This document shows, in pieces, positions 63,625 to 64,000 of a stretch of DNA of 64,000 nucleotides. Made by a program: the position numbers and the translations under genes. The stretch comes from an uncultured delta proteobacterium. GTDB taxonomy: Bacteria; Myxococcota_A; Polyangia; Polyangiales; Polyangiaceae. Position 1 is the first letter of the stretch; the number at the start of each line of letters is the position of its first letter. Location of the stretch: NCBI GenBank assembly GCA_963696385.1, contig CAVOKF010000005.1, positions 480,001-544,000 of the forward strand, read 5' to 3'. The notes below the pieces were generated by a model. It was not told where the DNA came from, did not search any database, and worked only from the letters and a program-made list of their open reading frames with translations.

Positions 63625-64000
63625 ATGAGAATACGGCACCTTTGGCGTACGGGAGCGCTCGCGGCTTTAGTCGGATGCGGCATGGGGGAGGCGACGGCAT
63701 TGGCTCGCGTCCCGGACCTGTTGACCCAGCAGGGGCGGCTGCTCGACGCGGCCAACAATCCGGTCGCCGGCTCGGTCAGCTTCGTCTTCACGATCTACGA
63801 CGCCGCGACCGCCGGCAACGCGCTTTGGACCGAGACGCAGACCATTACTCTCGTGAGCGGCTATTTCTCGGCCCAGCTCGGGGAGACGACGGCGATCCCC
63901 GCCACCGTATTTGCGACCGGCGCGGTTCGCTACCTCGGTGTCAAAGTGGCGAGCGATCCGGAGATGACTCCACGCCAGCCCCTTGCCAGCGTGCCGTACG
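63625..64000 (+). CDS. Secreted fibre/adhesin-type protein, N-terminal domain; truncated by the window end and absent from the ORF track
   Basis: GGAGG RBS; MRIRHLW...VPDLLTQQGRLLDAANNPV...FTIYDA...LWTE...GYFSAQLG...YLGVKVASDPEMTPRQPLASVPY, open to the window edge. Confidence 0.75.
   Translation, partial: MRIRHLWRTGALAALVGCGMGEATALARVPDLLTQQGRLLDAANNPVAGSVSFVFTIYDAATAGNALWTETQTITLVSGYFSAQLGETTAIPATVFATGAVRYLGVKVASDPEMTPRQPLASVPY

Overview
High-GC bacterial chromosomal segment. Its gene content (DUF1592/DUF1552 pairs, Cys-rich lipoproteins, Ser/Thr kinase, TPR/PEGA-type proteins) suggests a Myxococcota/Polyangiaceae-like organism; this is inferred, not searched. Housekeeping and metabolic genes: an actinobacterial-type Sdh1 succinate dehydrogenase operon, putA, a DEAD-box helicase, zwf, KirBac, lon, yccA/BI-1, ada-alkA/ogt and phosphoketolase. 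Accessory systems: (i) a hexuronate cluster (uxaC, uxaE, SDR, LarA-family epimerase, PfkB kinase, two FadR paralogs) with no dehydratase and two near-identical promoter/operator boxes; (ii) a family 2A encapsulin with its cysteine desulfurase cargo, a rhodanese and an XRE-cupin regulator; (iii) a stand-alone aminotransferase/acyl-ACP-reductase fusion preceded by an 11-bp tandem array and twin TTACGTAA palindromes; (iv) an Lnt-like acyltransferase fused to an apparently catalytically dead C39-like domain; (v) tandem DUF1566 genes whose 3' ends resemble DGR variable regions. putA and ada-alkA each carry a single-base frameshift in a homopolymer run. I saw no rRNA, tRNA, CRISPR array, transposase, integrase or reverse transcriptase. 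All family calls are by-eye motif recognition; no searches were run.
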